A stretch of DNA of 64,000 bases from Polyangiaceae bacterium. GTDB taxonomy: Bacteria > Myxococcota_A > Polyangia > Polyangiales > Polyangiaceae. How positions within the stretch are numbered: position 1 is the first letter of the stretch; each line of letters starts with the position of its first letter. Position numbers and translations under genes: made by a program. The stretch is taken from NCBI GenBank assembly GCA_033763455.1, contig JANRKO010000038.1, positions 1 through 64,000 on the forward strand, read 5' to 3'. Below, piece after piece: positions 46,787 to 56,761 of this stretch. The notes under the pieces are model-generated. The model was not told the DNA's origin. It worked only from the letters and a program-made list of their open reading frames with translations, and searched no databases.

Positions 46787-47608
46787 ATGACGGCACTTTT
46801 CCGGCGATTTTCCGCTACCAGCCGGGCCTTGCTGGCGGTGTTTTTAGCCGCTCCCGCGCACGCACAGCACTGCGCGCCTGAGCTTACAGAGGCACCCCCG
46901 TTGAAAGCTACCTTTGCCCTGGCGGCCGCCAGCTATCGAACGCCTCGCTATGAGGGCAGATGGGAAGGAGCACGCGTTGGGCTTGCGGGGTCGTGGGCGC
47001 CTCTTTCGGGGCGAGTTTGGGTACCCGCCTACCGCCTGGAGCGAAACGGGTTGACGTCAACTGGCCTCGGAGACGTGGGGGTTGGAGCCTCAGCCACGTT
47101 TTGGGGCGGTGAATTGAGAGCCTACGGTGGTGGTCTAGATGTGGCCATCACGTTACCCACGGGCGCGCCGGATAAAGACCTCGGCATGGGGCACCCGATG
47201 GTGATGAGTGGTCCGTTTGGCTCATTGCGGCTCGGGCGCTTTTCACTTGGCGCAGAGCTCACGTTCGCAACCGTACTCAGCTCCGAACACGCGGGCACGC
47301 CTGCCGGACACGACCACGGCGCACACACGCACGGCCCCTCGCCCATCGTCGCGCCTATGAACGGCTCGGAAGCTGAAGCTTCAGCATTGGTTCGTTTCGC
47401 GATTTCGCCGCACTGGCGCGCGGAAGCCTCGGCCACCGGGGCAACCCCGCTCGCAGCTCATGGTGGGGAGGCGCGCCTGTTCGGCGGCGTTGGGCCAGGC
47501 TTGAGTATGGGGCCTTTGGACCTATTGCTGCGCGTTGAACTGCCATTCTACGGCGATGCTTTTCTGGTACGAACCAGCCTTGCTGCAGGGTGGGCTTTTG
47601 GCGCTTAA
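46787..47608 (+). CDS. Secreted, probable outer-membrane beta-barrel protein with a His-rich loop
   Basis: Signal peptide ending AHA-QHC; GLGDV and TLPTG motifs; loop HAGTPAGHDHGAHTH; aromatic C-terminus GWAFGA. Confidence 0.65.
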   Translation: MTALFRRFSATSRALLAVFLAAPAHAQHCAPELTEAPPLKATFALAAASYRTPRYEGRWEGARVGLAGSWAPLSGRVWVPAYRLERNGLTSTGLGDVGVGASATFWGGELRAYGGGLDVAITLPTGAPDKDLGMGHPMVMSGPFGSLRLGRFSLGAELTFATVLSSEHAGTPAGHDHGAHTHGPSPIVAPMNGSEAEASALVRFAISPHWRAEASATGATPLAAHGGEARLFGGVGPGLSMGPLDLLLRVELPFYGDAFLVRTSLAAGWAFGA

Positions 47609-47631
47609 GGCGTTTGGCCCAGCTGTCTCGT

Positions 47632-47666
47632 GCGGAGCGCGGAGCGCGAAGCGCGAAGCGCGAAGC
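47632..47666. repeat. 7-bp tandem repeat GCG(G/A)AGC x5
   Basis: GCGGAGC GCGGAGC GCGAAGC GCGAAGC GCGAAGC, between convergent genes. Confidence 0.85.
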
Positions 47667-47694
47667 GCGCAAAAAGAACACCGAATGCGAGAAA

Positions 47695-48888
47695 TCACCC
47701 CGCATCTACTAACTTTGCCAACTCAGGCAAATTCCCTAGCCATTTCTTGGCCGCAAGCACCGTGACACCCTGACCAAGCGAATAATCCGCTGCGCTCCGT
47801 GCGATCACGTACCCCTTTTCACACCCCATATCCCGCATGAAGTTGCGCAGCGCGATCGCCGCATCTATGCCCGGCGCGGTGTGCGTCTTGATCTCGAAAG
47901 GCGTTACGCGCCCGCCAACCTGCACTACCAGATCTACCTCAACGCCTGTGGCCGTACGGAAATAGAAACACTCCGCCCCTAAAGCATAGCGTCCAATACC
48001 GGCCGCAAGCTGCTCGATCACAAACCCTTCCCAACTTTCACCTCGGCCTGGGTTCACATCAAGGCGTTCGCGCGAATGTGCCCCGGTAAAGTAATGCAAA
48101 AGACCGCTGTCGCGCAGATAGATCTTGGGGGCTTTTGTTAGGCGCTTGGTCAGATTGGGTAGAAACGGAGGCAAGCGTCGAATGAGGAAGGCGTGTTCTA
48201 AAATATCAACGTAGCGATTTACTGTGTGGTAGCTCATGCCGAGAGCAGAGCCAAAGCGCGACGCGTTCCACTGGGTGCCTTGAGCGTGCGCCAGCATCGC
48301 CCAAAGCTTGCGCATTTGCGCCACCGAAACATCAACCCCCATAACGGGAAGATCACGCTCGATGAAGGTTTTGGAATAGGCGTCGAACCAGTCGAAACGC
48401 AGCTGATCATCGCGAACCAAAGCGGCCTTCGGAAAGCCTCCACGCAGCCACAGATTATCTATAGATATCTTTAGTGAGCTAGCATGAACCTCTTCCCAAG
48501 TGAGCGAGCCTAGCTCGACGAATGCAACCCTGCCTGCCAGTGTTTCCGCGATATTCTTCATGAGCAACGGGGACGCTGAACCCAACAAGAGATAACGCCC
48601 GTTCTTGTTCGGGTGTTCGTCCACAAACCCTCGGAGCACCTCCAACACGGAAGGGACCAGCTGCGCCTCGTCCAAGATGGTTTGGTCCCCAAGGTTTCTC
48701 AACCGATCTTCCGGATCCGCAAGGAGTGGTTCGCGTTGAGCAGGTCGCTCGACGTCCACGTACGTCCACCCCGGCCTAGCGGACCGAGCGAGCGTCGTCT
48801 TTCCGACTTGGCGAGCCCCTAAGATTGCAACAATTGGAAATTGCTTCAGCTTTCGCTCCAACTCCAACCGGGCCGAACGGGGGATCAC
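47695..48888 (-). CDS. AAA-family ATPase with a C-terminal DUF4143 domain
   Basis: GARQVGKTT, ILDEAQ, LLGSAS, E.LAGR, GGFP, K.PKIY.RDSGL, FRT..G.EVD, EIK. Confidence 0.9.
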   Translation of the reverse strand: MIPRSARLELERKLKQFPIVAILGARQVGKTTLARSARPGWTYVDVERPAQREPLLADPEDRLRNLGDQTILDEAQLVPSVLEVLRGFVDEHPNKNGRYLLLGSASPLLMKNIAETLAGRVAFVELGSLTWEEVHASSLKISIDNLWLRGGFPKAALVRDDQLRFDWFDAYSKTFIERDLPVMGVDVSVAQMRKLWAMLAHAQGTQWNASRFGSALGMSYHTVNRYVDILEHAFLIRRLPPFLPNLTKRLTKAPKIYLRDSGLLHYFTGAHSRERLDVNPGRGESWEGFVIEQLAAGIGRYALGAECFYFRTATGVEVDLVVQVGGRVTPFEIKTHTAPGIDAAIALRNFMRDMGCEKGYVIARSAADYSLGQGVTVLAAKKWLGNLPELAKLVDAG

Positions 48889-48949
48889 CTTCGCAATTTA
48901 GAATTGGCACTTCTAAATTGCAAGATACTTGTGCCAAAAAGTCGCTTGC

Positions 48950-49194
48950 CGGGGGGGCCGGTGTTCTACTATGGCGACAACACAGACAACCCCGAGAAGA
49001 CCTATCTTCTGAACGAGGTACTTCCCACAACCGAGGGCCAAGGAGAGATCTTATTTTGGTTCGGACCCGGCAACGCTAATCGGGGAGAGCTTAGGCACCT
49101 CGAGCTCAGCGTGGACGAAAATGAGCTCAGCTTTGAGGTTTGGAAGGACGCCTACGGCCCGCTTATCTTTACGCTGACCCGTGTCAGCCGTTGA
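48950..49194 (+). pseudogene. Probable 5'-truncated gene fragment (5' boundary approximate)
   Basis: Protein-like frame PGGPVFYYGDNTDNPEKTY...FEVWKDAYGPLIFTLTR with no convincing start or RBS; family not recognised. Confidence 0.35.
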
Positions 49195-49313
49195 GCCGCG
49201 GCCCCCGGGCGATTCTGGCGTTCGGGGTCGTAACCTGGCCGCTGCGCGCCCATGCAGCGAGGCTCTGGTGCCCCGCACAGAGCTGACGCTCAGTACAAAA
49301 GGGAACCCGGAGC

Positions 49314-49703
49314 TTAAGGCGCTCCACAAGCTAACCATTCACCAAGCCGCTTGCGCTCGTCGAGGCTGGGTTTCAGATTACCGGGGGGCATCGCCGTGTT
49401 GGTACCCAAAGGCCCTGCAGCTGCATTGGAATCGATGTGCTCTAACGCGGAGCGAATGCCACCGACAGTGTCAAAGTCGTGGTCGGAGGGGGCACCACTT
49501 CTAGAAGTCCCCGAAAGTGCGCTCGAATGGCAGCTCGTACAGTAGGTCTGCATGAAGGTCTTGCCGAAGCTTTCATAGGTCAGCGTGCTGCCGGCTGCGC
49601 ACACGGCGCCGCTTGGGGTCACGGGCTCGGAGTGGTGGTCATCGTCGCTGCAACCGAAGAGCGCCAAAGCTCCGACTCCAAGCCAATACATCCTCTTGTT
49701 CAT
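49314..49703 (-). CDS. Mono-haem c-type cytochrome lipoprotein
   Basis: AAGGA RBS; lipobox LFGC; CTSCH; MPP distal Met; start refined to 49703. Confidence 0.85.
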   Translation of the reverse strand: MNKRMYWLGVGALALFGCSDDDHHSEPVTPSGAVCAAGSTLTYESFGKTFMQTYCTSCHSSALSGTSRSGAPSDHDFDTVGGIRSALEHIDSNAAAGPLGTNTAMPPGNLKPSLDERKRLGEWLACGAP

Positions 49704-49798
49704 CCGCCATCCTTTACCGAGATCCCTTCTCCGAGCGCAATGTGACAGGATGTCGCAGGGTCCCGAGATCCCTTGAGCGTGGCTTCGTACCATTGCAA

Positions 49799-50284
49799 TC
49801 AACGTCCTATGTAGATGCTGCGTGCCACGTAGCAACAGGTATCGTCGCCCTGGGGAGCGGAAGTCTTGATATCCGCTACGCTGTGGGGTGTGAATTGGGC
49901 CAGGATGTCGAGCCAATTCGGAGGTTCTTGGTACACCACGCACACTCCGTCTGCGGGCGCCCGTGTGCAGAAATCGAGTCTTGTATGAGGGCCGCCGCCG
50001 CCCGAGAGAAGGGGCTCGCTCGACTCACAGGAAATAGCACCTTGTCCCGCCGCCAGCTCACACAAGGGCTGGGGGGTAACGGATGCCCCGAGGTCGACCT
50101 GAATCGTCGGCGCACGCGGATCTCCGTTGCCTAAGTCTGCAGCGCCCGCCCTTCCTCCTCCCACGCCATGTCCCACGCCGCCGGTACCGTCGACACTGGC
50201 GCGAGGCTCGTTGGAGGGTGAATGGCCACACGACAGTGCCAGCAACGCGATGAGCCAGCCGCTACGGCGCAGTTCAGGAAGCAT
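49799..50284 (-). CDS. Hypothetical Cys-containing lipoprotein
   Basis: RR plus a hydrophobic stretch and LALSC lipobox; CCY near the C-terminus. Confidence 0.55.
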   Translation of the reverse strand: MLPELRRSGWLIALLALSCGHSPSNEPRASVDGTGGVGHGVGGGRAGAADLGNGDPRAPTIQVDLGASVTPQPLCELAAGQGAISCESSEPLLSGGGGPHTRLDFCTRAPADGVCVVYQEPPNWLDILAQFTPHSVADIKTSAPQGDDTCCYVARSIYIGR

Positions 50285-50448
50285 GGGACATGCTACCGCA
50301 TTTGACGCGTCCCATCGACCAGAGATCGAGAAGTTCACGAGCTCTCTGCGACCTCGGTGCTCGCTAACTTCTTTTAACTGGCGTTTTCCTCACGCGGACG
50401 CGTGGCTTGCCTGTCGCCCAATCGACGTTAGCAGAACGTCTCCAACTT

Positions 50449-50483
50449 GGTGTCAATTGTCAGTTCCATTTACAATTGACACC
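50449..50483. promoter_or_regulatory. AT-rich perfect inverted repeat (operator-like) in a divergent spacer
   Basis: GGTGTCAATTGT-11 nt-ACAATTGACACC. Confidence 0.5.
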
Positions 50484-50696
50484 TCTGCTGACCCAAATAT
50501 CTCAAAATAGCAGCACTTCCAGCTAGTGAGCGAAGGCTTCTTGAGGCGCTCGAATCCCTCCTCCCCACGAGTATCCCCTTTCCCGACAAAGGCCCGAAAG
50601 CGCGCTCGAATGTCGCAGGGTCCGGGAGGGGTCCCCGGCTGCCGTGCTTGAGTTCAGCGACCAAGTAAGGTCTGCTGAGCACGGAGTTGTAGAAGG

Positions 50697-51773
50697 GTGA
50701 GCGTTGCCATTCGTCTCGAAAATGTGAGCGTTCGTTTCGGCGAAACGACGGCACTCGGCGGCGTGACGCTCGACGTTCTGCCCGGAGAGCTCATGCTGCT
50801 CGTGGGGCCGAGTGGTTGCGGCAAGAGCACCCTGCTGCGCAGCGTTGCGGGATTCGTGGCGCCCGGAACCGGGCGCGTGCTGTTTGACGGGCAAGACGTG
50901 ACTCAGGTGCCACCACACCGGCGCCAGGTGGGGATGGTCTTCCAGAGCTTCGCTTTATTCCCGCACATGAACGTGACGGAAAATGTCGCCTTTGGCCTTA
51001 AGGAACAGCGACGTCCAAAGCCAGAGATAGCGGCACGCGTGGAGGAAGCCCTCGCCGATGTTCGCTTGGGGGAACTAGCAGCGCGCCGTGTGGATCAACT
51101 CTCAGGCGGAGAGCAGCAACGGGTGGCGTTAGCCCGTGCCCTCGTCACGCGCCCGCGCTGCCTGTTGCTCGACGAGCCTCTTTCAAACCTGGATGCCGGG
51201 CTCCGCCACTCAATGCGGGATGAAATCCGTCGAATCTGTAAGGTGCATGGCCTCACGACTTTGTACGTAACCCACGATCAAAAAGAAGCCTTCGCCATCG
51301 CGGACCGCATCGCTATCCTGCGGGGCGGGCGGCTAGAGCAATTAGGCACGCCCTGGGAAGTGTATCGCACGCCAGCTTCGCGCAGCGTGGCCACTTTCCT
51401 GGGCGAAACGAACCTCATCCAAGCCAACGTGAGCTCCTGCACCGCCGACACCTTACACGTGAAAGCTGGCGAGCTTGAGTTCTCCGCCAACCCACGCCGT
51501 AACTTTGAAATCGGCACACCCGTGCTTCTTTCCATTCGGCCAGAGTGCATTCAGCTCGCGGATGGGCCGGGGCAAGCTCCCGCCTTTCAGGTTACAGTAA
51601 CACACTCCAACTATCTCGGAGAACTCTCCGAACATGAGCTCGTGCACGGCAATCTGAAGCTTCGGTCGTATGAGCTCAATCCTCGGCTCCCGGCTCGCAG
51701 TGCCGGCAGTGTGCTTTGGGCCCGGGTCGCTCCAGCGGATGTGGTCGTCTTGGAACCGGATATTAGCCCATGA
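50697..51773 (+). CDS. ABC transporter ATP-binding protein (FbpC/PotA-like, TOBE domain)
   Basis: GPSGCGKST, LSGGEQQRVALARAL, LLDEPLSNLD, VTHDQ. Confidence 0.93.
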   Translation: MSVAIRLENVSVRFGETTALGGVTLDVLPGELMLLVGPSGCGKSTLLRSVAGFVAPGTGRVLFDGQDVTQVPPHRRQVGMVFQSFALFPHMNVTENVAFGLKEQRRPKPEIAARVEEALADVRLGELAARRVDQLSGGEQQRVALARALVTRPRCLLLDEPLSNLDAGLRHSMRDEIRRICKVHGLTTLYVTHDQKEAFAIADRIAILRGGRLEQLGTPWEVYRTPASRSVATFLGETNLIQANVSSCTADTLHVKAGELEFSANPRRNFEIGTPVLLSIRPECIQLADGPGQAPAFQVTVTHSNYLGELSEHELVHGNLKLRSYELNPRLPARSAGSVLWARVAPADVVVLEPDISP

Positions 51774-53362
51774 AAGCCGCGCTACCGGGCCTGTTTCTGC
51801 TCGTAGTGCTGTTAGTTCTGCCATTCGCGCTACGTCCGGCCGCGGTTGCAGACGCTCCGGATGCCGAAACGGTGGTTGTAATTACCCCGCACAACGAGGC
51901 AATTCGCTATGAATTCGAGCGTGGCTTTCAGCGCCACATGTGGAAAAAGCACCATCGCCGAGTTCGCATCGACTGGCGCACTCCGGGAGGGGGCTCGGAA
52001 ATCACACGTTATCTTGCCTCTGAATACCGAGCGGGATTTGAACTTTATTGGACGCGCGATTTGAAGCGAAAGCTCAGCGAGAAAGTCTCCACAGCTTTCT
52101 CCAATCCAAAACAAACACCCGTGGGCACGGACGAAGCCGCCACCGCACGCCGGGAGTTTCTAAGTTCAAATGTTGGCGCCAAGGTAGACGTCTTATTCGG
52201 AGGCGGAAGCTACGATTTTTCACAACACGCCGCAGCGGGACGACTCGTGGATTCAGGGATCCTTCAAAGGCACCCGGAGATTTTCGGCGCCTCTGGCATT
52301 CCACAAACGCTCGGAGGCGAACCCTATTGGGACAAGGAAGGGCGCTGGGTGGGCGCTTGTGTGTCGGGCTTTGGCATCTGCTACAGCCCGAACACCCTAC
52401 GTACCTTAGGTGTCACCCAGCCGCCGAGAAGCTGGGCTGATCTGGCCGATCCGCGCCTTTTGGGGCACGTGGCGTTGGCAGATCCAAGCAAAAGCAGTTC
52501 CGCCAACAAGGCTTTCGAGATGTTGGTACAGCAAGCGATGGCGGATCGAGTGACAAAAAATGGCACGCCTGGCAGAGGCAGCACGCTTGAGGCTCAAAGC
52601 CTGGCGGAGGGGTTTGAAGAGGGGCTGCGCCTCATCCGCCGCATCGGTGGAAACTCCCGCTACTTCACCGATGTGGGGTCAAAAGTTGTTCAGGACATCA
52701 CTTTGGGCAGCGCGGCTGCCGGTATGTGCGTCGACTTCTATGGTCGGTTCCAGAGCGACCCCTCCGCCCCGGTGCGCATCGGCTTTGTCCTGCCCGAAGG
52801 CGGCAGCTCACTCGGTAGTGATCCCATCGGTCTGTTGCGCGGTGCGCCTTCACCCGAGCTCGGGCAAGCCTTGATTGACTTCGTAATGAGTGTCGAAGGC
52901 CAAGCGATCTGGGCTTACCGGCGCGGCGTTCCACTCGGCCCTGAGCGTTACGCTCTTCGCCGCCTACCTATCCTCCCCGCGCTGTACGCGCCCGAGCATC
53001 GCGCGCAGCGTTCGGATCCAAACGATAACCCTTACACAAGCGCCAGCTCATTCACCTACCACCCAGCCTGGACAGGCGCCTATTTTCGAGCGCTTGCCTT
53101 CGTAGTGCGGGTTATGTGCGTCGATACCGAAGACGAGCTGCACACCGCATGGGAAGCGCTCGTACAAGCGGGCTTCCCTCCCAAGGCCACTGCCCTGTTC
53201 GACGACATGTCAGCAGTTTCGTATCGGGTAGTCACGCAAGAAATTGCACCCGCTCTCGGGAGCGGTGCAGCGCTCGACGAAGCCAACTTGCAGGGCCGGC
53301 TCGTTGCACAACTTAAGGCGCAATACGAACGGGTTGCGCTGTTGGCCAGGAGCGGCCAATGA
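51770..53362 (+). CDS. ABC transporter substrate-binding protein (Fe3+-type family)
   Basis: N-terminal hydrophobic anchor; ITPHNE, DVLFGGG, P.SWADL, ADPSKS, DPIGLLRGAP; ATGA overlaps on both sides. Confidence 0.8.
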   Translation: MKAALPGLFLLVVLLVLPFALRPAAVADAPDAETVVVITPHNEAIRYEFERGFQRHMWKKHHRRVRIDWRTPGGGSEITRYLASEYRAGFELYWTRDLKRKLSEKVSTAFSNPKQTPVGTDEAATARREFLSSNVGAKVDVLFGGGSYDFSQHAAAGRLVDSGILQRHPEIFGASGIPQTLGGEPYWDKEGRWVGACVSGFGICYSPNTLRTLGVTQPPRSWADLADPRLLGHVALADPSKSSSANKAFEMLVQQAMADRVTKNGTPGRGSTLEAQSLAEGFEEGLRLIRRIGGNSRYFTDVGSKVVQDITLGSAAAGMCVDFYGRFQSDPSAPVRIGFVLPEGGSSLGSDPIGLLRGAPSPELGQALIDFVMSVEGQAIWAYRRGVPLGPERYALRRLPILPALYAPEHRAQRSDPNDNPYTSASSFTYHPAWTGAYFRALAFVVRVMCVDTEDELHTAWEALVQAGFPPKATALFDDMSAVSYRVVTQEIAPALGSGAALDEANLQGRLVAQLKAQYERVALLARSGQ

Positions 53363-55059
53363 AGGCTCGCAACGCCACGGCATTTTTGGTGTTTGGTGTA
53401 AGCGCCGCCATATTTCTCTTGTTCTTTCTATGGCCGCTTTGGGAGAGCGTGCGCGGGGCATTTGTAGACCGGCACGGCAGCTTCACCTTGGCCTACATCC
53501 AGGCTGTTTTTCAGAACCCTGTTTATCTCTCTGGCTTCAAAAACTCGCTCTTGGTGGCTCTCGGGGCCACGTTCTTGGCGGCCATTTTGGGCATACCTCT
53601 CGCCCTTTTGTTCCAGCGTTATGAGTTCCCTGGGCGCGCCTTGCTATCTACTTTGATTCCGTTGCCACTTTTCGTACCGCCTTTTGTTGGTGCGCTCGGA
53701 GTGCAACACTTACTCGGACCAAACGGCGCACTGAACGCTTTGTTGCAGGCCCTCCACCTGGCAGATCCGGCTCACCCGATGGATTGGCTACGCGACGGTC
53801 GTTACTTTGCCGTGATCGGGCTTACCGCGCTGCACCTCTACCCAGTCCTCTATTTTAACTTAAGCGCAGCACTCGCGAGCCAAAACCCAGATTTGGAACG
53901 CGCCGCCGAAACCTTTGGTGCCCGCGGCCTACGAAAGCTCTGGCGAGTCACGTTGCCACTCACCGCACCGAGCCTGTTCGCTTCGCTCACCACCATATTC
54001 ATCTGGTCGTTGACGGAATTGGGCGTCCCTTTGATGTGCGACTACGGTCGCGTCACTTCCGTTCAAATCTTCGCAGGCCTCAAGGATATCGGCCAAAATC
54101 CCCTGGTTTACGGGCTCGTTACCGTCGCGCTCGTGGCCACGCTTGGCCTGTATGCTTTGAGCCGGCTGTTGTTCCCGAGGGTCAATACAAGCGCGGGAGT
54201 TAAGGGCTATGCGCGGTTCGAACGCGTCAGGCCTCGCTTATCCGTCCGCCTTCTGTGCACGAGCGGCGCCCTGCTCATCTTGTTCATTGCGGCTTTGCCA
54301 AACTTCGCCGTGGTGCTGCTCGCCTCCTCGCGCGATTGGTATGGCACAGTGCTCCCAACGGGCTTTACCTTGGACCATTTCCAGTCGGCGCTAGGGCACT
54401 CCATGGTGGTGCCGTCGATTGCGCAGAGCCTGCGCTATGTGTCTTTGTCAACGGCGTTTGACTTAGTTCTAGGGTTCAGCATCGCCTGGGTCGTGGTGCG
54501 CACCCGAGCCCCAGGAAGGAAGCTGCTGGATGCGCTTGCCATGCTTCCTCTCGCGGTACCCGGGCTGGTGTTAGCGTTTGGCTACTTAGCGATCTCACGC
54601 GAAGGCCGCCCCCTATACGTGTTCAATCCAATCCGAGACCCAACCATCCTCTTAGTAATCGCGTATGCCATGCGGCGTTTGCCGTTCGTACTTCGCTCAG
54701 CTGTGGCGGGGCTCACAGAGCTTGATCCAAGTGTTGAAGATGCAGCGCGGAGCTTGGGCGCAAGGCCCGCGCGTGTACTCACACGTGTCACCCTGCCGCT
54801 CGTATTGCCTCACCTTTTGGCGGGCGGAGTGCTCGCCTTCGCGTTATCGCTGCTGGAGGTTTCAGATTCGCTCATTTTGGCCCAAAAGCAGGCCTTTTAT
54901 CCCGTTACCAAAGCGATCTACGAGCTCTCCCAGCTGCTCGGCGAAGGGCGCCTCTTAGCCTCCGCGCTCGGCGTGTGGGCCATGCTTCTCTTAGCCACCG
55001 CCGTTTGGCTCGCGCAACGCCTGGCCCGTGGCCGCTCGGGCGGCATGTCTGATTTGTAG
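53359..55059 (+). CDS. ABC transporter permease with two MSD domains (FbpB-like)
   Basis: Two EAA loops (LERAAETFGA, VEDAARSLGA); PPFVGA; ELGVP; many TM segments. Confidence 0.9.
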   Translation: MKARNATAFLVFGVSAAIFLLFFLWPLWESVRGAFVDRHGSFTLAYIQAVFQNPVYLSGFKNSLLVALGATFLAAILGIPLALLFQRYEFPGRALLSTLIPLPLFVPPFVGALGVQHLLGPNGALNALLQALHLADPAHPMDWLRDGRYFAVIGLTALHLYPVLYFNLSAALASQNPDLERAAETFGARGLRKLWRVTLPLTAPSLFASLTTIFIWSLTELGVPLMCDYGRVTSVQIFAGLKDIGQNPLVYGLVTVALVATLGLYALSRLLFPRVNTSAGVKGYARFERVRPRLSVRLLCTSGALLILFIAALPNFAVVLLASSRDWYGTVLPTGFTLDHFQSALGHSMVVPSIAQSLRYVSLSTAFDLVLGFSIAWVVVRTRAPGRKLLDALAMLPLAVPGLVLAFGYLAISREGRPLYVFNPIRDPTILLVIAYAMRRLPFVLRSAVAGLTELDPSVEDAARSLGARPARVLTRVTLPLVLPHLLAGGVLAFALSLLEVSDSLILAQKQAFYPVTKAIYELSQLLGEGRLLASALGVWAMLLLATAVWLAQRLARGRSGGMSDL

Positions 55060-55129
55060 GCCAGGCCGGGTTACCAAGGTCAGCGGTAAACCTTTGGCGA
55101 AACGAATGTCTTACGACCTTCCCGATCTG

Positions 55130-56761
55130 CTACTCAGTTGAAAGCAGCGGCCGATCGAAGGGCGCCGTCTCCGCAGCTACGCGCGGATCCGTCAGCCCGT
55201 TGCGCATGAAGTCGATGATGTCCGCGATTTCGTCTGGCGTGAGCTGCAACGGGAGAATGGTCGGTGAGATCGGCACACCTGCGATATCGGGGTCGTTCAC
55301 CAGCCCTCCCATATTGTAGAGCTCCATCAGTTTTTCCAGTGAAATACCTGGGCCAGCTCCTGAATGCGTGAGCCCCGAAGCCTCACGTAACCCCACGTTG
55401 CGCAGGGTGGGTGTACGTATCGCGCCCGGCGTCGAAGCAATGGTATCGAACGGGTAACGGCCCTGGTCCCAGGCGGGCTTGTGGAAGCCAATAAAGTGAA
55501 AAGCTCCGTCTGCAAAGGTGGGTGGTTGGTGGCAAAGCGAACAGCGAGCCTTGGTATGGAAGAGCTCAAAGCCGCGTACTTGTGCCGGAGTGAGCGCAGC
55601 ATCATCTCCCGCGTTCCAGCGGTCCCAGGCCGTTTGGTTCGAAAGCAAGCGCCGTTCGTGGGTGGCGATCGCAAAGGCAATTCGGCGAGTGTTGATTTCG
55701 TCAGTTGGGCCGGACGTTTGCTGAGAGCCGAAGGCGGCAGCGAACAATTTCGGATAAGACTTATCGTTTGCCAGGATGAATTGCAGTAAATCTGCGGGGA
55801 TTTGTCGCGCAAGCTTGAGGGGTTCGGCGCCGGCCAAACGCGCGTGCAATGCAGGCCACGCGGCGCCTTCACACGCCATTTCGACGGGCGACATTGGTGG
55901 CCCAACAGCCTGGTTTTCGAGCGCCCCGCCGTAAGTGATGGGAAACGTACCGGGGTTGTCCGGATCTTCGAATGCGGTAAAAGATGGGCAGCCCTGGGAG
56001 CGGCATTCGGCTCGCCCGTCCCAAAACAACTGCGGGGAAAACATTGCATCCAGATAGGTGGGAGCCTTGCGGCCGGTAACCTGCACCGCAAGCCCCGTCT
56101 TTACACCCTGGGCGTCGCAACGCACCACGCCAAGGGAACCTCGTACGTCGTCGGCCGTGTCGAGCAAGGTATCTGGGCCCGGAAGGTGTGCTGCTACTTG
56201 AGCTGAGCGCGGATCGGTGCCACCAGCATTTGGTCGATGGCAGGTTCCGCAAGCAACCGTGCTGTCGCCACCTAACTGTTCATCCCAGAACAGGATCTTG
56301 CCGAGCAGGGCTTTCGTTTCAGAGTTGGGATTTTCGACCGGGTACGGGCTTGGTCCGTAGGAAATGAAGCGAGGGACAAACCCGGCTGCTCCTGCACTGG
56401 CTCCACCCCCACCCGCCGTACCACCAGAGTTCGTACCCGCGGCACCGCCCGTAACTGCTACCGCGCCGCCAGTGGTGGCATTGCCCGCACCTCCGCTGGT
56501 TTCAGAAAAGCCAGCCGCACCCGCCATCGCAAGCTGGCCCGCTTTGCCGCCCTGAGCTGACGGCATAGCCCCCGTCCCAACCGCGCCTGCGACGCCCAGT
56601 GTGCCCCCAACTGCACTCGCTCCCCCCGTGTGCGCTCCGCCCGTGCCAGCCGTGGAGTTAGTATCGTTCAGCGGGCCAACAGGCTTCTCCTCGCAGGCAC
56701 CCACAGTGAAGCCCGCAAGTAGAAGCCTGAATAGCCACTTTCGGGAGAATGCTTCGATCAT
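55130..56761 (-). CDS. Di-haem cytochrome c peroxidase/MauG-family lipoprotein
   Basis: Lipobox VGAC; LGKILFWD; CGTCH; LFWDGRA; PVEM; CSLCH; TPTLRNV. Confidence 0.9.
   Translation of the reverse strand: MIEAFSRKWLFRLLLAGFTVGACEEKPVGPLNDTNSTAGTGGAHTGGASAVGGTLGVAGAVGTGAMPSAQGGKAGQLAMAGAAGFSETSGGAGNATTGGAVAVTGGAAGTNSGGTAGGGGASAGAAGFVPRFISYGPSPYPVENPNSETKALLGKILFWDEQLGGDSTVACGTCHRPNAGGTDPRSAQVAAHLPGPDTLLDTADDVRGSLGVVRCDAQGVKTGLAVQVTGRKAPTYLDAMFSPQLFWDGRAECRSQGCPSFTAFEDPDNPGTFPITYGGALENQAVGPPMSPVEMACEGAAWPALHARLAGAEPLKLARQIPADLLQFILANDKSYPKLFAAAFGSQQTSGPTDEINTRRIAFAIATHERRLLSNQTAWDRWNAGDDAALTPAQVRGFELFHTKARCSLCHQPPTFADGAFHFIGFHKPAWDQGRYPFDTIASTPGAIRTPTLRNVGLREASGLTHSGAGPGISLEKLMELYNMGGLVNDPDIAGVPISPTILPLQLTPDEIADIIDFMRNGLTDPRVAAETAPFDRPLLSTE

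Noticed and set aside
47695..48888. AAA-DUF4143 ATPase as part of a named anti-phage system
   Set aside because: It stands alone with no recognisable partner genes, and the family is common and uncharacterised.
50545..50570. tRNA 3'-end remnant (CTCGAATCCCTCCTCCCCACGA) as an integration att site
   Set aside because: It resembles a T-arm and acceptor end but lacks GGTTC and CCA; there is no cloverleaf or integrase, and the match is too short.
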